Source: Candidatus Latescibacterota bacterium (lineage in GTDB: Bacteria; Latescibacterota; UBA2968). From it: DNA of 64,000 nt. The position numbers and the translations under genes were made by a program. Below, piece after piece: positions 40,665 to 51,278 of this stretch (position 1 is the first letter of the stretch; every line of letters starts with the position of its first letter). The stretch covers positions 4,608,001 to 4,672,000 of the forward strand of contig OZ220741.1 of assembly GCA_965116885.1 (NCBI GenBank), in the 5' to 3' direction. Below the pieces are notes generated by a model, which did no database searches, was not told the origin of the DNA, and saw only the letters and a program-made list of their open reading frames with translations.

Positions 40665-40677
40665 TAAGGAGTCTGTT

Positions 40678-40959
40678 ATGAAATTCAATATCCTCAAGCC
40701 GAGAACATTCACCCCCAAAAATCAACTCATTATCGGTCTGCCGATCGCAGTGATCATGGCCTTTTTCGTTGTCAGCTTTTTCCTTAAGGCCAACACCAGC
40801 AGAATGCGGAAGATCGCCTCATGGGCGAGAAAGAAAGCCAGGGGTCTCGCAAAAAAATTAGTGATCTTTGGGCGACTGGACTACAACGAAAATGCCATCA
40901 CACACTTAGACGGAGCCAAAGGTATCCGGCTCTACGACTGTGTTATTTTTAACTACTGA
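40678..40959 (+). CDS. Small membrane protein
   Basis: AAGGAG RBS; one TM helix. Confidence 0.55.
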   Translation: MKFNILKPRTFTPKNQLIIGLPIAVIMAFFVVSFFLKANTSRMRKIASWARKKARGLAKKLVIFGRLDYNENAITHLDGAKGIRLYDCVIFNY

Positions 40960-41000
40960 ACCCGCAGGAATCCGCCAGCCCTCGAGTACAAAAAAAGCCC

Positions 41001-41140
41001 GTCGATCATCACCTATCAACGGGCTTTTTTGCGTGAGCAGTATTGGCATGCGTCTGGGCGGGGCTGGCAAGTCGATCATCACCTATCAACGGGCTTTTTT
41101 GCGTGAGCAGTATTGGCATGCGTCTGGTGGGGGCTGGCAA
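41001..41140. repeat. 70-bp tandem duplication (2 units, 2 mismatches)
   Basis: 41001-41070 versus 41071-41140. Confidence 0.95.
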
Positions 41141-41535
41141 AATGACACTGCCCATCAACATGTTGATGGGCTTTGACGAGCTATGAGTGAAGGGAACACC
41201 TATTTTTTTGTTCTGCATGGGATATTTTCGCTGTTCGGCACGCCCAGGGCAATAAACAGCCCATTTCTCATAGCCTAAAAAGTGTGTCAGGGGTACCCTG
41301 GAAGCCATTTTTTATGTGTCCAAGCCTACAAACTGAGCCATTTTTTGTGTGTCCCAGGTCCGCAAACTGGCGGCTTTTTTTGCAAAAGCACGTCAGAAAG
41401 AGCACAAAATAATAGATTTCTAGTGCAAAGAAAAAAAAATGCACGTTTTTTGCCACTGCAAAAACATTTGACAATATCTCAAGGTATGTTTGATACTCTT
41501 TGGGCCGTGTTCATAGCACGGCCCGCTCTTTTTGC

Positions 41536-41997
41536 CTATTTCTTTTTTACCATTAAATAGTGGGGTTTACTTTTAACCTGGATATAATACCCACACTGGG
41601 TTCTGGCAAATATATGGGTTGCATCAGCAACAACTTCAGACATCTTCATGTTCTCTCCTGATAGATTCCCAACAAGTTCTTCTTCTGAAAGGTGCGGAAA
41701 CAAAAATTTTTCTTCACTTCGAGGCTCAAGGCGGACTGGGAGGTGTGGTATTATTCGTCCCGGGAGGGATAATGAATCACCCTTTCTTCCCAACCTTATA
41801 CCCACCTCGGATATAGTCACATCAAAAAAACTTAAATTTGTGACGCTGATACCAAACCCTGTGATGCCATCATTGTATATTGCAGGGTTAATTTTCAGCT
41901 TTACCCTGTCATGTTTCTGAGATCGTCGGTAACTTAATATGCCCACTATAAGTGCAGCTAACGCTATGCCCAGAGTTATATAATCGTCAATTTCCAC
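41536..41997 (-). CDS. Membrane-anchored hypothetical protein
   Basis: AGGAGG before GTG; N-terminal TM followed by a beta-rich domain. Confidence 0.65.
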   Translation of the reverse strand: MEIDDYITLGIALAALIVGILSYRRSQKHDRVKLKINPAIYNDGITGFGISVTNLSFFDVTISEVGIRLGRKGDSLSLPGRIIPHLPVRLEPRSEEKFLFPHLSEEELVGNLSGENMKMSEVVADATHIFARTQCGYYIQVKSKPHYLMVKKK

Positions 41998-42247
41998 ATT
42001 CCCTCCTATCTTAGTTTTTTGTGTCACCTCCTCTGTTTCCTCAACATTACCAAATCCTCTGTATTTTGTCAACCTCCCGCAATCCCTCCTTGCGCTTTCT
42101 CTGATTCGATCCTACTACGCCCTTTTCTGTTGTGCTAATCTCCTTTGGTCACTATCCTACATAATCCCCCTTGCCTGATTGTCGCTTCGCTCGTATTTTG
42201 TAGTAATTCACTAGGCGTCTTATCCAAACCAGTAAGAGAGGTTTAGT

Positions 42248-42598
42248 ATGGGCCTTTTCGCTGTTATACTAAATGAGCCAAGAGAAGGATTAGGAGACAG
42301 AATTAAAAGTCTATACCCTGATAGCTATACCCTTTCAGATACATGCTTTTTAATTTCGGAAAAACAATCTTCGTCTCAGATGCTTGCGGCAATACGCCCC
42401 GACACTAGGGTAGAAAAAGTAAAAGTAGGAGAACGAGAATGGTATATTTTAACAGTAGAGAAAATATCAAGTGATATTGGAATGACAGGGGGAAGGTCCG
42501 AGGAAGATATACTTGGTCTCGTTGTGAAACTGAATAGTAAATATGGTGGGTATAACTATCCCGATCTGTGGGGATGGATTGATCAAGCATTGAGGTAA
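42248..42598 (+). CDS. Hypothetical protein (paralogue of 29701-29970)
   Basis: C-terminal YGGYNYPDLWGWI. Confidence 0.7.
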   Translation: MGLFAVILNEPREGLGDRIKSLYPDSYTLSDTCFLISEKQSSSQMLAAIRPDTRVEKVKVGEREWYILTVEKISSDIGMTGGRSEEDILGLVVKLNSKYGGYNYPDLWGWIDQALR

Positions 42599-42601
42599 AG
42601 T

Positions 42602-42874
42602 ATGGCAGAGATTCCAGAGCAACGGTTTGGTGATTTCAGGGTAGGTATTGAAAGTAGGCTGACAGGATTAGAGACAGAGATTGAGAGTAAATCTGGTGGA
42701 ATCGCTGATCTTCGGATAAGACTTAGTCAGGTAGAGAAAAAATTTTGGTATGCTATGGGTGCTATAAGTGCTGTAGCGGCTATCGTTGCAGTGCTTGGAA
42801 TTTTCATTAACATTTTTTTTCTTAATTATACCCTTGTCCCTAATGAGCTTCTTGATGCTTTAGGGAAAAATTGA
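42602..42874 (+). CDS. Small coiled-coil plus TM protein
   Basis: IESRLTGLETEIE...LSQVEKK followed by a TM helix. Confidence 0.7.
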   Translation: MAEIPEQRFGDFRVGIESRLTGLETEIESKSGGIADLRIRLSQVEKKFWYAMGAISAVAAIVAVLGIFINIFFLNYTLVPNELLDALGKN

Positions 42875-42916
42875 TACGCTGCCGCTCTGCTCACTCCCGC
42901 CTTGCATTTTTGCATT

Positions 42917-43033
42917 TGGAGTTACCCCGCTTTCGTGGATAATTTAGGAGATTCATCCTAATCATTCTGCGCCATCAGTTTTTCATAGGTGATGGGTGAT
43001 TTATTTATGCTATTATCCACCAAAATGGGTAAT
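42917..43033. mobile_element. Miniature IS3 derivative (one end degenerate)
   Basis: TGGAGTTACCCCGCTTTCGTGGA end; body shared with 56032-56150 and 60607-60724. Confidence 0.75.
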
Positions 43034-43407
43034 GAAAATAATCTTGTTCATTACGAACAAATGCACGTCCTCCTAAAATTTCAAGGTCGCCCGGATACAA
43101 ATCGGCATTCGCCATTTTGGCGCGCTTCCCTTAGTTGACCTGACAATTTCCTTGTAGGTCTGTGCTTCACAAAAACACAGACCTAGCAAAGATGAAAAGA
43201 CACAGAATTATCTTTTTTCTTTTTTATTGGGTTGTTGAGTTACACGCACAAACACTTCCGTATTGGACTGAACAGCTTTGTCAACCGAGTTTCGGCCCTT
43301 AAATTCTGCACTTATGCGTCAATATGTTGTGTTACCAAGGTCACTTTATCCCCCAAGATATTGTAGGGGACGCGGTGCAGTTTCAATACACGGGACGGTT
43401 GTGAGGT

Positions 43408-43608
43408 TTACTGTTTGTTCGACCTCAATTTTTTGTTCGGTACTGTCTTTCGCTTAATGCCTAATTTCTTCATTTTGCTATACAGCGTAGATGGGGGTAA
43501 CTCTAATAGCTCTGCGGCCCCACCCGGACCTCCTACCCGCCAGTCTGTAATTTCCAACACGCTAACAATGTAATTACGGATTGCATCTTCAAACGATACG
43601 ATTTTCAT
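43408..43608 (-). CDS. Stand-alone Fis-type HTH (resembles a bEBP C-terminus)
   Basis: VLEITDWRVGGPGGAAELLELPPSTLYSKMKKLGI. Confidence 0.75.
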   Translation of the reverse strand: MKIVSFEDAIRNYIVSVLEITDWRVGGPGGAAELLELPPSTLYSKMKKLGIKRKTVPNKKLRSNKQ

Positions 43609-43648
43609 CTTTCTTCCTTTGGCAGCTTAATGTGGGAGCCTCTTATTT

Positions 43649-43756
43649 GATGCTGTTGCCGAATTCCGAATTCTGTTCATACAGAGCTTATATTCAGGCC
43701 ACAAACAGCCGTTTTTCCAACTACAGATCCTTCTTGACCAATTCGGCAACAGCATC
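43649..43756. mobile_element. 108-bp MITE (second copy) abutting an IS3-type end at 43757-43774
   Basis: GATGCTGTTGCCGAATT...AATTCGGCAACAGCATC. Confidence 0.85.
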
Positions 43757-44139
43757 CAAAACGGGTCAAGTCCATCTTTCAGAGGTATTTTCCATTTGTG
43801 ATCGCCTCGTACTTTAATATTGAATATATTGGACCATTTGCTATAAACATTCCAATAAAACAATAGGTCGGTATTAGTAGTAAAAACAAAAGGACGGATA
43901 TAATCCGTCCTTAATTTCTACCTGGGTCCGTGTTAGGAAGAATTACGAGTTAGAACAGATAACCGAGCGTTAGAACTGAAAAGGATGTGAACTCTGACTA
44001 GATAGATGGAGGCCTCACTCTCATGTTTGGGAAGTATGAGAAAGTCCTAAACACTCCACCCAAAACGAGGGAACTTCACTATTCGTACACCCGCACAACT
44101 GCCAGCCCCTTTGGATTCTACAGCTACAGTTCTACCCGA

Positions 44140-44853
44140 TTAGAACTTTATTTCAATACCCATTCCAATTTTACCCTTATGGGGGATAAGGCTAAATCTG
44201 TTGGAAGGTTTATGATGTTTTCCAGGGCTTTGCGACTGGTCTCGCCTTTCTATTTTTACATGCAGAGATCTACGCCCTTCAACTGCGCCGGTTACTCTGA
44301 GGTATTGATGGAGTGTTGTGCTCTCACTTGTTTTCCATATCAGAGCAGTAAGAACTGCTGACACACCTCCCCAAACTGACATGATAGTATCCCCATTATA
44401 GGGCGGGTATAACGCAAGACAGTCGAGACCCATTTCATAGCTTGGCGAGTCTAAACACTCTTGAAACCTTTGATTCTGTAAATCCTCTTGCTCCCTTACA
44501 TACGCATCAGCCACAAAATATGAACCAACACAGGCCGCTACAGTTATGACGACTGGTGTCATATCTCGAGATTTCGTTTGATACGATGCTTCCTTAAAGG
44601 TGAACCCTTCACCCTCATCAAACACAGATACTACATTGCCAGTATGCCTGTTTTTTACAATCATCCGCGGTCCATCAATGGTGATGATGCCGTCATACCA
44701 GATGGTCAACCTGCCCTGGCTGTCCACCGATCTGTATTTCACAGGCGCCCCAGAATCAATGCCGGGCAATGAACCAGCAAAACAAGGACTAAGAAAAAAC
44801 AGCAAGCCAAATATGGCAACCGCAGGTCGAAAAGATGATTTAAAAATTTGCAT
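44140..44853 (-). CDS. Exported/membrane hypothetical protein
   Basis: AAGGAG RBS; signal peptide; two hydrophobic segments; C-terminal Phe. Confidence 0.7.
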   Translation of the reverse strand: MQIFKSSFRPAVAIFGLLFFLSPCFAGSLPGIDSGAPVKYRSVDSQGRLTIWYDGIITIDGPRMIVKNRHTGNVVSVFDEGEGFTFKEASYQTKSRDMTPVVITVAACVGSYFVADAYVREQEDLQNQRFQECLDSPSYEMGLDCLALYPPYNGDTIMSVWGGVSAVLTALIWKTSESTTLHQYLRVTGAVEGRRSLHVKIERRDQSQSPGKHHKPSNRFSLIPHKGKIGMGIEIKF

Positions 44854-44901
44854 GGTAAACTCCTTCAGTAATAGCATCTAAAATGGGGTAACTCCATAAC
44901 A

Positions 44902-47900
44902 TCAGTTATCTACCCGCTTTAGATTCAGGATGACAGGCTCAGCTGGCCTGGCATTAGGGTGCGTTATGATGGTACAGTTAAGTGGAATCAGCCCTTCAGA
45001 TCCTATCGCAAGTTTGGGAGACGGCAGGGTGTACGCATCTGCCTGCGTGACATCAACGCGGTAGCCTATATCGGCGAGCGATTGGATCGTGATCGCGCTG
45101 ATTACAACAACTCTACCGTGTGTGGGTGTCATGAGTTCGTTGCCGAATACGGACTGCCGCCAGTGAGAATCCTGGCCCCCTACAAATGTGTTCTCCACCG
45201 GCACTTTCGCACCCGTGTAGCCCGATCCACCAGCACTATTGAAAGCCGCGATCGCTTTTGGTCCTGAGAAATACGTGTCGGGCAGGGGAACAACGCGCCC
45301 GCTATATAAGTTCGTCGGGTTCTGTAGCCGATTGTAAGCATCTTCTCTCCACGGTCTAACGCCGAATCCCAGCGCGTGCCCCATCTCGTGCAGAATAACG
45401 TCTCCCAATCTTGTAATATCCAGGTCGTCCTGGTCAAGCTCTATTCGGGATGCGAACGGCAGGACGGACGGAACGCGAAAGAGTACCGTGCTCGCACGGC
45501 CGAGCACTTTTCCATCTCCGTCAATTGGAACGGCTGACACATAGATCACCAGATCATCGACAACTTCGGGGGCAGTGGTTCCCGGGTAACGCTGGTTCAA
45601 TTCATATTGATCGTTACTGGACAACTTATGGTTGGGGATGTCGTGCGTGATGATCTGCTCCCAACGCTCGGCAGCGGTTTCAAATGCCGTCTTCACCGTC
45701 TCAGAAATGTTGCCGACAAAGACAAAATCGATATCGAAGGAAGACGTTCCATCCTTCGTCGCTTCGGCAGTTGCGGAGCGAAGGCCCGTTAAGCTGCCGC
45801 TACAATCCGTACCGAGATATCCGTAATCAGCCTCATAAGTGGTGCCCGGCTCGAAGAAGTTGGAGGCTGAGAAAGTTGACGATGTCGTAATATCCTGGGC
45901 AGAATCCTCCGCATTCGTGAAGGTGCTGCACGCCTCGGCCCACTGGCCGATATTCGTCTTGTGCCGGATTCTGAACTGGTAAGCCCGGTCTTCATTGGCC
46001 GCGAAGTTATCGGTGAATCCGAGCGTGAAGCTATCGCCGCTGATGCTCAGGGTGGGAGCCGATAAGGTCGGCGTCTGGATAGTCGCGTTGAAGTTTGTTG
46101 AGGCGGTCGCACCCCAGGGATCCGTCGCGGTTACGGTAATGGTCGCAGTGCCAGCGGATAGTGGATCAATCAGGACATATCTACCGATCATCTCTACGGT
46201 CGCGGCGGTACTGTTATTTGACGATGCCGTATATCGCAGGCGGGAATCGTCGGGATCGCTGAACACATGATCTGTTGTAAACAACCACTGGCGCTGGGTA
46301 GCACCACCCGCTGGAATCGTCACATCTTCGATGCTGCTTAAGACAGTCGGTGAGGCGTTGGAAATCGTCACCTCCGCCGAACGAGACCACGCGCCCTCTC
46401 CTTCGTCGTTATTCGCCCGCACCTGCACCTCATGGCGGATGTTCCTCACCACGATTTTTGTGATCGTTGCACTCGTGCCGGGGCCCATATGCGACCAGGG
46501 CATAAAGCTACTGCTGCCCGCCCGATATTGTATGTCATAGTCATTGATGTCGGGACCGGTGTTGGTCGGCTCGGTCCAGCTCACGATCAGATTTTTTTTA
46601 TAGCCAAGAGCGTCACCCGCCTCAATTTCAACCTGCGGCGCAGACGGCGCCCTGGGCGGTTCGTTCACATCGGTCAAATGGATTGTCACATCAATGAAGG
46701 CATTGCCGCCACGACCGTCGTCTGCTTCCACAGTCACCACATAGCGGTCCAAATCCTCGTAATTGTATGTGACGCCCGATCGGGTGCGAAGTTGACCGTT
46801 GCTTGAGTTGATGGTGAATGAACCGGCATCAGATCCGCTGAGGCGATAGATCAGGCGGTCACGGTTGGGATCGGTGGCACTGACCGGATGCTGGATATTT
46901 CGATTGGATGCCGTGTTCTCAGCCACGCTGCGGGAGGTGCTCGCACCGTCGTCGAAGGTCGGATCCCGGTTAGGACCCGGTGGTGGCGGTGGTGGCGGTG
47001 GCGGCGGTGGTGGTTGTGGTGGCGGTGGTGGCGGTCTCGGACCACCGCCTCCCCCTCCACCCCCTCCTCCTCCCGACGGCACAGAGGTGCTCCACTCGCT
47101 CGACTCAGACCATTCACTCGTGCCTTCCTCGTTCGTCGCTCGAACCCGGATGTCGTACTCTGTATTTTGCGAGAGATCAGTCAAACGCATCGACTTTTTC
47201 GTGTCGTCATATACCACACTGGTAATCTCATATTCCGCATCAATGAACGCATCACTATCGGCTTGTCGGTATTGCACATCGTAGTCCGTGATTTCAGGTC
47301 CCGTGTTTACAGGCTCGGTCCAGATCACGGTCAGGCTCGTCGGAGCAATTGCCGAGACACTCGGTGGAGCAGGCTGCATAGGCGGTTCGTCGATGTCATT
47401 GATGGTAATACCTACAGCAAGACTCGCCTCACCACCTTCGCCATCACTGACATCGACAGTGATGGAATACGTATCCTTTTGCTCAAAGTTATATGTGCCT
47501 TTTGTCTGAATTTGTCCTGTGCTCTCGTCTATGGCAAAACTGTCTGCATCAGCACCACTGAGGCGATAGGTCAGCGTATGGCCTTCAGCGTCACTGGCTG
47601 TGATAGGATCACCAATGGCCTGTCCAGGTGCGGTATTCTCATCTATGGAGAGTGCCACAGGAGGCTCAGACGGGAAGGTGGGTGCGCGGTTGACCACTTT
47701 GCCGAAGCTATCGAAGAAGAGCAGAAAATCGGGTATCCCAATCTCGCCATCCACATTCAGATCGTATTTGGCCTCATAAGTATCTTGACCTCTTCGAGAA
47801 CCAAACACATCGACAAAGAGCAAGAAGTCGGGGATCTCAACTGTTCCATTCCTGTCAAAGTCCGGAGAAGGCGGTTTGGCAAGCTGCAAGGTAGCACTCA

Positions 47901-48417
47901 GATCCAGCGATACAGTCTCGGTCTGTCCCCCTCGCACGAGTCTTGCACGCACCAGCAGTATATCTGTACCCGAAAATGCCTCTGTTGTGAGAAAGTGAAT
48001 TGCGCCGATAAGACCGCTGCCTGGACTGTTAGCCGATAGGGTTATCCCGATATTTGCAACGTCCTTGCCTGTAAGTGCAGAGGTGCCAGACACGATATTG
48101 GATCTCTTAAATGCTTCGTAAGCAACCTGAGATGGATCAAATTCAAAGCGCAGGAAGAGATCGCTCGCATCCCCAATATCTGCACCGAAGATTTGAATGG
48201 CAGCTGTGCGATTGGGTAAGACATCGAGGGAGGCGATGGATTGATCGCCTTCGGAATTATCTAAATCGAGAGAGAGGGAAAAGCTGCTGGTCTGGGTGGA
48301 TAGCGACCGCGGGAATAGCAAGAATAAAAGGCTTAGCAGGCTGACAGTACTGAGTGCGAGAGGGAAAAGTTTAACAGCGGATTTAAGCATTTGTTTTAAA
48401 TTGAAAAACATATACAT
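44902..48417 (-). CDS. Large secreted protein: cohesin-like, EF-hand/dockerin-like pair, 2x(cadherin+FN3), Gly/Pro linker, M8 (leishmanolysin-like) metalloprotease
   Basis: DFDRNGTVEIPDFLLF; NRAPTF..SIDEN; VQYR..VRATNEEG; HEMGHALG...SHWR...ELMT. Confidence 0.85.
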   Translation of the reverse strand: MYMFFNLKQMLKSAVKLFPLALSTVSLLSLLFLLFPRSLSTQTSSFSLSLDLDNSEGDQSIASLDVLPNRTAAIQIFGADIGDASDLFLRFEFDPSQVAYEAFKRSNIVSGTSALTGKDVANIGITLSANSPGSGLIGAIHFLTTEAFSGTDILLVRARLVRGGQTETVSLDLSATLQLAKPPSPDFDRNGTVEIPDFLLFVDVFGSRRGQDTYEAKYDLNVDGEIGIPDFLLFFDSFGKVVNRAPTFPSEPPVALSIDENTAPGQAIGDPITASDAEGHTLTYRLSGADADSFAIDESTGQIQTKGTYNFEQKDTYSITVDVSDGEGGEASLAVGITINDIDEPPMQPAPPSVSAIAPTSLTVIWTEPVNTGPEITDYDVQYRQADSDAFIDAEYEITSVVYDDTKKSMRLTDLSQNTEYDIRVRATNEEGTSEWSESSEWSTSVPSGGGGGGGGGGGPRPPPPPPQPPPPPPPPPPPPGPNRDPTFDDGASTSRSVAENTASNRNIQHPVSATDPNRDRLIYRLSGSDAGSFTINSSNGQLRTRSGVTYNYEDLDRYVVTVEADDGRGGNAFIDVTIHLTDVNEPPRAPSAPQVEIEAGDALGYKKNLIVSWTEPTNTGPDINDYDIQYRAGSSSFMPWSHMGPGTSATITKIVVRNIRHEVQVRANNDEGEGAWSRSAEVTISNASPTVLSSIEDVTIPAGGATQRQWLFTTDHVFSDPDDSRLRYTASSNNSTAATVEMIGRYVLIDPLSAGTATITVTATDPWGATASTNFNATIQTPTLSAPTLSISGDSFTLGFTDNFAANEDRAYQFRIRHKTNIGQWAEACSTFTNAEDSAQDITTSSTFSASNFFEPGTTYEADYGYLGTDCSGSLTGLRSATAEATKDGTSSFDIDFVFVGNISETVKTAFETAAERWEQIITHDIPNHKLSSNDQYELNQRYPGTTAPEVVDDLVIYVSAVPIDGDGKVLGRASTVLFRVPSVLPFASRIELDQDDLDITRLGDVILHEMGHALGFGVRPWREDAYNRLQNPTNLYSGRVVPLPDTYFSGPKAIAAFNSAGGSGYTGAKVPVENTFVGGQDSHWRQSVFGNELMTPTHGRVVVISAITIQSLADIGYRVDVTQADAYTLPSPKLAIGSEGLIPLNCTIITHPNARPAEPVILNLKRVDN

Positions 48418-48475
48418 ACCCCGAGTTGTGACGTAAAAGATTGCAAAATGTCCATACAACTTGAGTTATGTATAT

Positions 48476-48490
48476 GCAAAAATCGTGCCA
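48476..48490 (-). promoter_or_regulatory. Sigma-54 -24/-12 promoter for the surface protease gene
   Basis: TGGCACGATTTTTGC on the minus strand. Confidence 0.85.
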
Positions 48491-48872
48491 GTTTGTAATA
48501 AACGAGCTAATTCCTTGCGGATGAAGGAGTTGAAGCATATTCGGGATGATTCAGAGATTTTTGAAATGTCGCAGAATAATACACAAAAACCACAAGGAAT
48601 CGCATATACGTTGCGTTATATGTGATATAAATATTTATTTGTGAATAATTTATATGGAAAATAGAGGTGGGATATAGCGGGTGTGTTGCAACTTCGATAC
48701 ATGTCGCATTTTACAACACATCTGACAAATGCGCCCTCATCCGGGGGACCGGTTTAAGAGGTTACAGGCAGCAGAAGGCGGTGCATCGCAACTGGAGACA
48801 AAGACTGGCTTGTGGCTCGGATGGCAAAAGTACGGCATTCGACCAGATCTCAGTCCTGATCGTCTGTGCAGT

Positions 48873-50684
48873 TCAATCCCTGGCGATGGCGATGTCGTAT
48901 TTTTTTAACTTCCGGTACAGAGTCGCCCGATTAATACCCAACGCCTGGGCGGCCTGAGCAATGTTGTTGCCCGTGGCCTCGATCGCGTGGATCAGGGCCT
49001 GACGCTCGATCTCGGTCAATGGCAGGATCGCCTGTGGTGCCGAGAGGTCTCTTACCAAAGCAACGGCTGGCGATAGCTGAGACGGCAGATTATCTGCTTG
49101 CAGCACCCCGGTCGTCTCTAACAGCACAGCGCGCGCTATGGCGTTTTCCAGTTCTCGCACATTGCCCGGCCAATCGTACTGTAGCAACAGGCGCAGGACA
49201 AGGGTGGAAATGTCGCTTATGGATTTGCCGGCCTGGGCAGTGTATTTCTCGAGAAAATGCCTGGCCAATAGGGAAATATCTTCATGCCGATCTCTCAGTG
49301 GTGGAATCGTGATGGGGAAGGCAGCGATGCGATAGAACAGATCCTGGCGGAACGTGCCCTCTTTTACTGCACGCTCCAGGTCCTTGTTGGTCGCCGTTAT
49401 CACGCGGATGTCGATAGAAATGGGAGCTGTTCCTCCAATCCGCTGGATTACCCGCTCCTGCAAGACGCGCAACAGCTTGCCTTGCATGACATACGGCATG
49501 TCGCCGATCTCGTCGATAAAGAGCGTGCCGCCATTGGCGCGCTCGAAGGCCCCGATTCTCTGCTTCGTGGCTCCTGTGAAAGCCCCTCGTTCATGTCCGA
49601 ACAACTCGCTTTCGATGAGTGTTTCGGGAATGGCGGCGCAATCGAGGGCCACGAACGGCTCATCCTTGCGTGGGCTGTTGGCGTGCAATAAGTTGGCGAC
49701 CAATTCCTTGCCGGTGCCGCTCTCGCCGCAAATGAGTACCGTGATATCGCTTTCGGCGGCCTGCTGCATCAGCTCGTACACCTGCTGCATTACGGAGCTG
49801 GTGCCGATCAGGTCGGGAAATAAACTGATCGTCTCCAACTCGTTGCGCAAGTGATGCAACTCGGCTTTCATCTGCTCGGTCTCAATGGATAACTTTTTTT
49901 CTGTGGTGATGTCGCGGAAGACGAGCACGGCACCTTTCAAAATACCTTCCCTTCCTCGCAAGGGTCTGCCGCTGAGGCTGACATAAATGCCTTCGGGCTT
50001 CTGTGCGTTGCGTATGAATAGCTCAATATCGTCAGTGGCCTTGCCCTTCAGAGCAAGCATCAGTGGACTCTCCTCCACGGTGAAGAACGTCTTTCTATCG
50101 GATTTAAAAATACCGTATTTTTCGATCCATTTGTAGATATCCTGATCCAGCGGAGAGTCGTCGTCCATCCACTGCGCGCTCAAATTATTAAAAAGTGGCA
50201 CGCCATTTTCATCAAAGGCGACCACACCCTCCCTCATGCTGTTGAATACGGTTTTCATGAGTCGGGTGAGATCTTTGTATTTGTTGATTATTCGCTTCAA
50301 CCTGCTTTTCGTCTCGTGCATCTCAAGGGCAGTCAGGATATTCAGGTTGAGTTGTCGCTCCTCAAACGGCCTCAGCACATAGCCGAAGGGGTTGGCTGCC
50401 TGCGCTTGTTGCAACAGGTCTCCCTCAGCTTCGTCAGTCAGATATAACACGGGAACGTCGAACCGGTTGCCGATCTGCTCGGCTACTTCCGGACCGGTGA
50501 TCTCCCCTTCGAGACAGAGATTAACCAGGGCCAGGTCTGGATGCGTGTCCGCGGCTTTTTCAATGGCTTGATGCCCGCACGAAACTGTGGCACACACCAT
50601 GTATCCCAGGTTTTTCAGGCATTCTTCAAGGTGTGTGGCACCGGAGGCATTGTCTTCGACAATCATTATCTTTGTGTCGGTCAT
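48873..50684 (-). CDS. Sigma-54 enhancer-binding protein (receiver-like, PAS-like, AAA+, Fis HTH)
   Basis: [34 protein letters not shown]-terminal HTH. Confidence 0.93.
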   Translation of the reverse strand: MTDTKIMIVEDNASGATHLEECLKNLGYMVCATVSCGHQAIEKAADTHPDLALVNLCLEGEITGPEVAEQIGNRFDVPVLYLTDEAEGDLLQQAQAANPFGYVLRPFEERQLNLNILTALEMHETKSRLKRIINKYKDLTRLMKTVFNSMREGVVAFDENGVPLFNNLSAQWMDDDSPLDQDIYKWIEKYGIFKSDRKTFFTVEESPLMLALKGKATDDIELFIRNAQKPEGIYVSLSGRPLRGREGILKGAVLVFRDITTEKKLSIETEQMKAELHHLRNELETISLFPDLIGTSSVMQQVYELMQQAAESDITVLICGESGTGKELVANLLHANSPRKDEPFVALDCAAIPETLIESELFGHERGAFTGATKQRIGAFERANGGTLFIDEIGDMPYVMQGKLLRVLQERVIQRIGGTAPISIDIRVITATNKDLERAVKEGTFRQDLFYRIAAFPITIPPLRDRHEDISLLARHFLEKYTAQAGKSISDISTLVLRLLLQYDWPGNVRELENAIARAVLLETTGVLQADNLPSQLSPAVALVRDLSAPQAILPLTEIERQALIHAIEATGNNIAQAAQALGINRATLYRKLKKYDIAIARD

Positions 50685-51014
50685 ACTGTTCGCGTCCTGT
50701 TAGGGTGATTTTTTTGTACTTTTTACACACTTTTACAGTTTGATACCCAAATAGGTCCAGATTTAGGATCAACCCATCATTTTTGTTGTAAAATGCGACA
50801 TGTGTTGAAATTGCAACACATTCTCTACTTCCTATCTCCGGTTTTTCCATAAATCACTTATAAACATATGTTTGTTACATATCCTAAATACAGTGAATAT
50901 GCATTTTCATGTGGTTTTCAGCGTCGCATTCTGCAACATTCCAAAAATCTCTGAATCATTCTGACTATACCCTAACTCCTTCATCTACAAGGAATTAGCT
51001 CGTTTGTTACAAAC

Positions 51015-51029
51015 TGGCACGGTTTTTGC
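51015..51029 (+). promoter_or_regulatory. Sigma-54 -24/-12 promoter for the LRR/FG-GAP gene
   Basis: TGGCACGGTTTTTGC. Confidence 0.85.
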
Positions 51030-51278
51030 CTTTGTACAGACGAGAGAATATGGGAATCATATACTAAAGTGTCAAGATCAGAACAATATACTTGTCATTG
51101 AGAATTTATAATCGCATAAGCGGAAAAAACTGCGGGTGGACCCGGTGGTGATAATAACAGGGACCAAATACCGGGTATAGTCCATACCAGGTAAAAGTAG
51201 ATATAGTCACACACATCCGACTTATGCGAAACGATTTGTCATTTTGCATAATACTCATATAAAAAAGAAAGGTGTCGT

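Noticed and set aside
41001..41140. Possible CRISPR array
   Set aside because: Only two whole-unit copies, no unique spacers and no cas genes; the same applies to 23463-23671
43950..44010. Beta-barrel-like C-terminal remnant (TLGYLF*) beside an IS3 end
   Set aside because: Too short to support a call
46976..47075. GGT/CCN microsatellite
   Set aside because: Encodes the Gly/Pro linker of the surface protease
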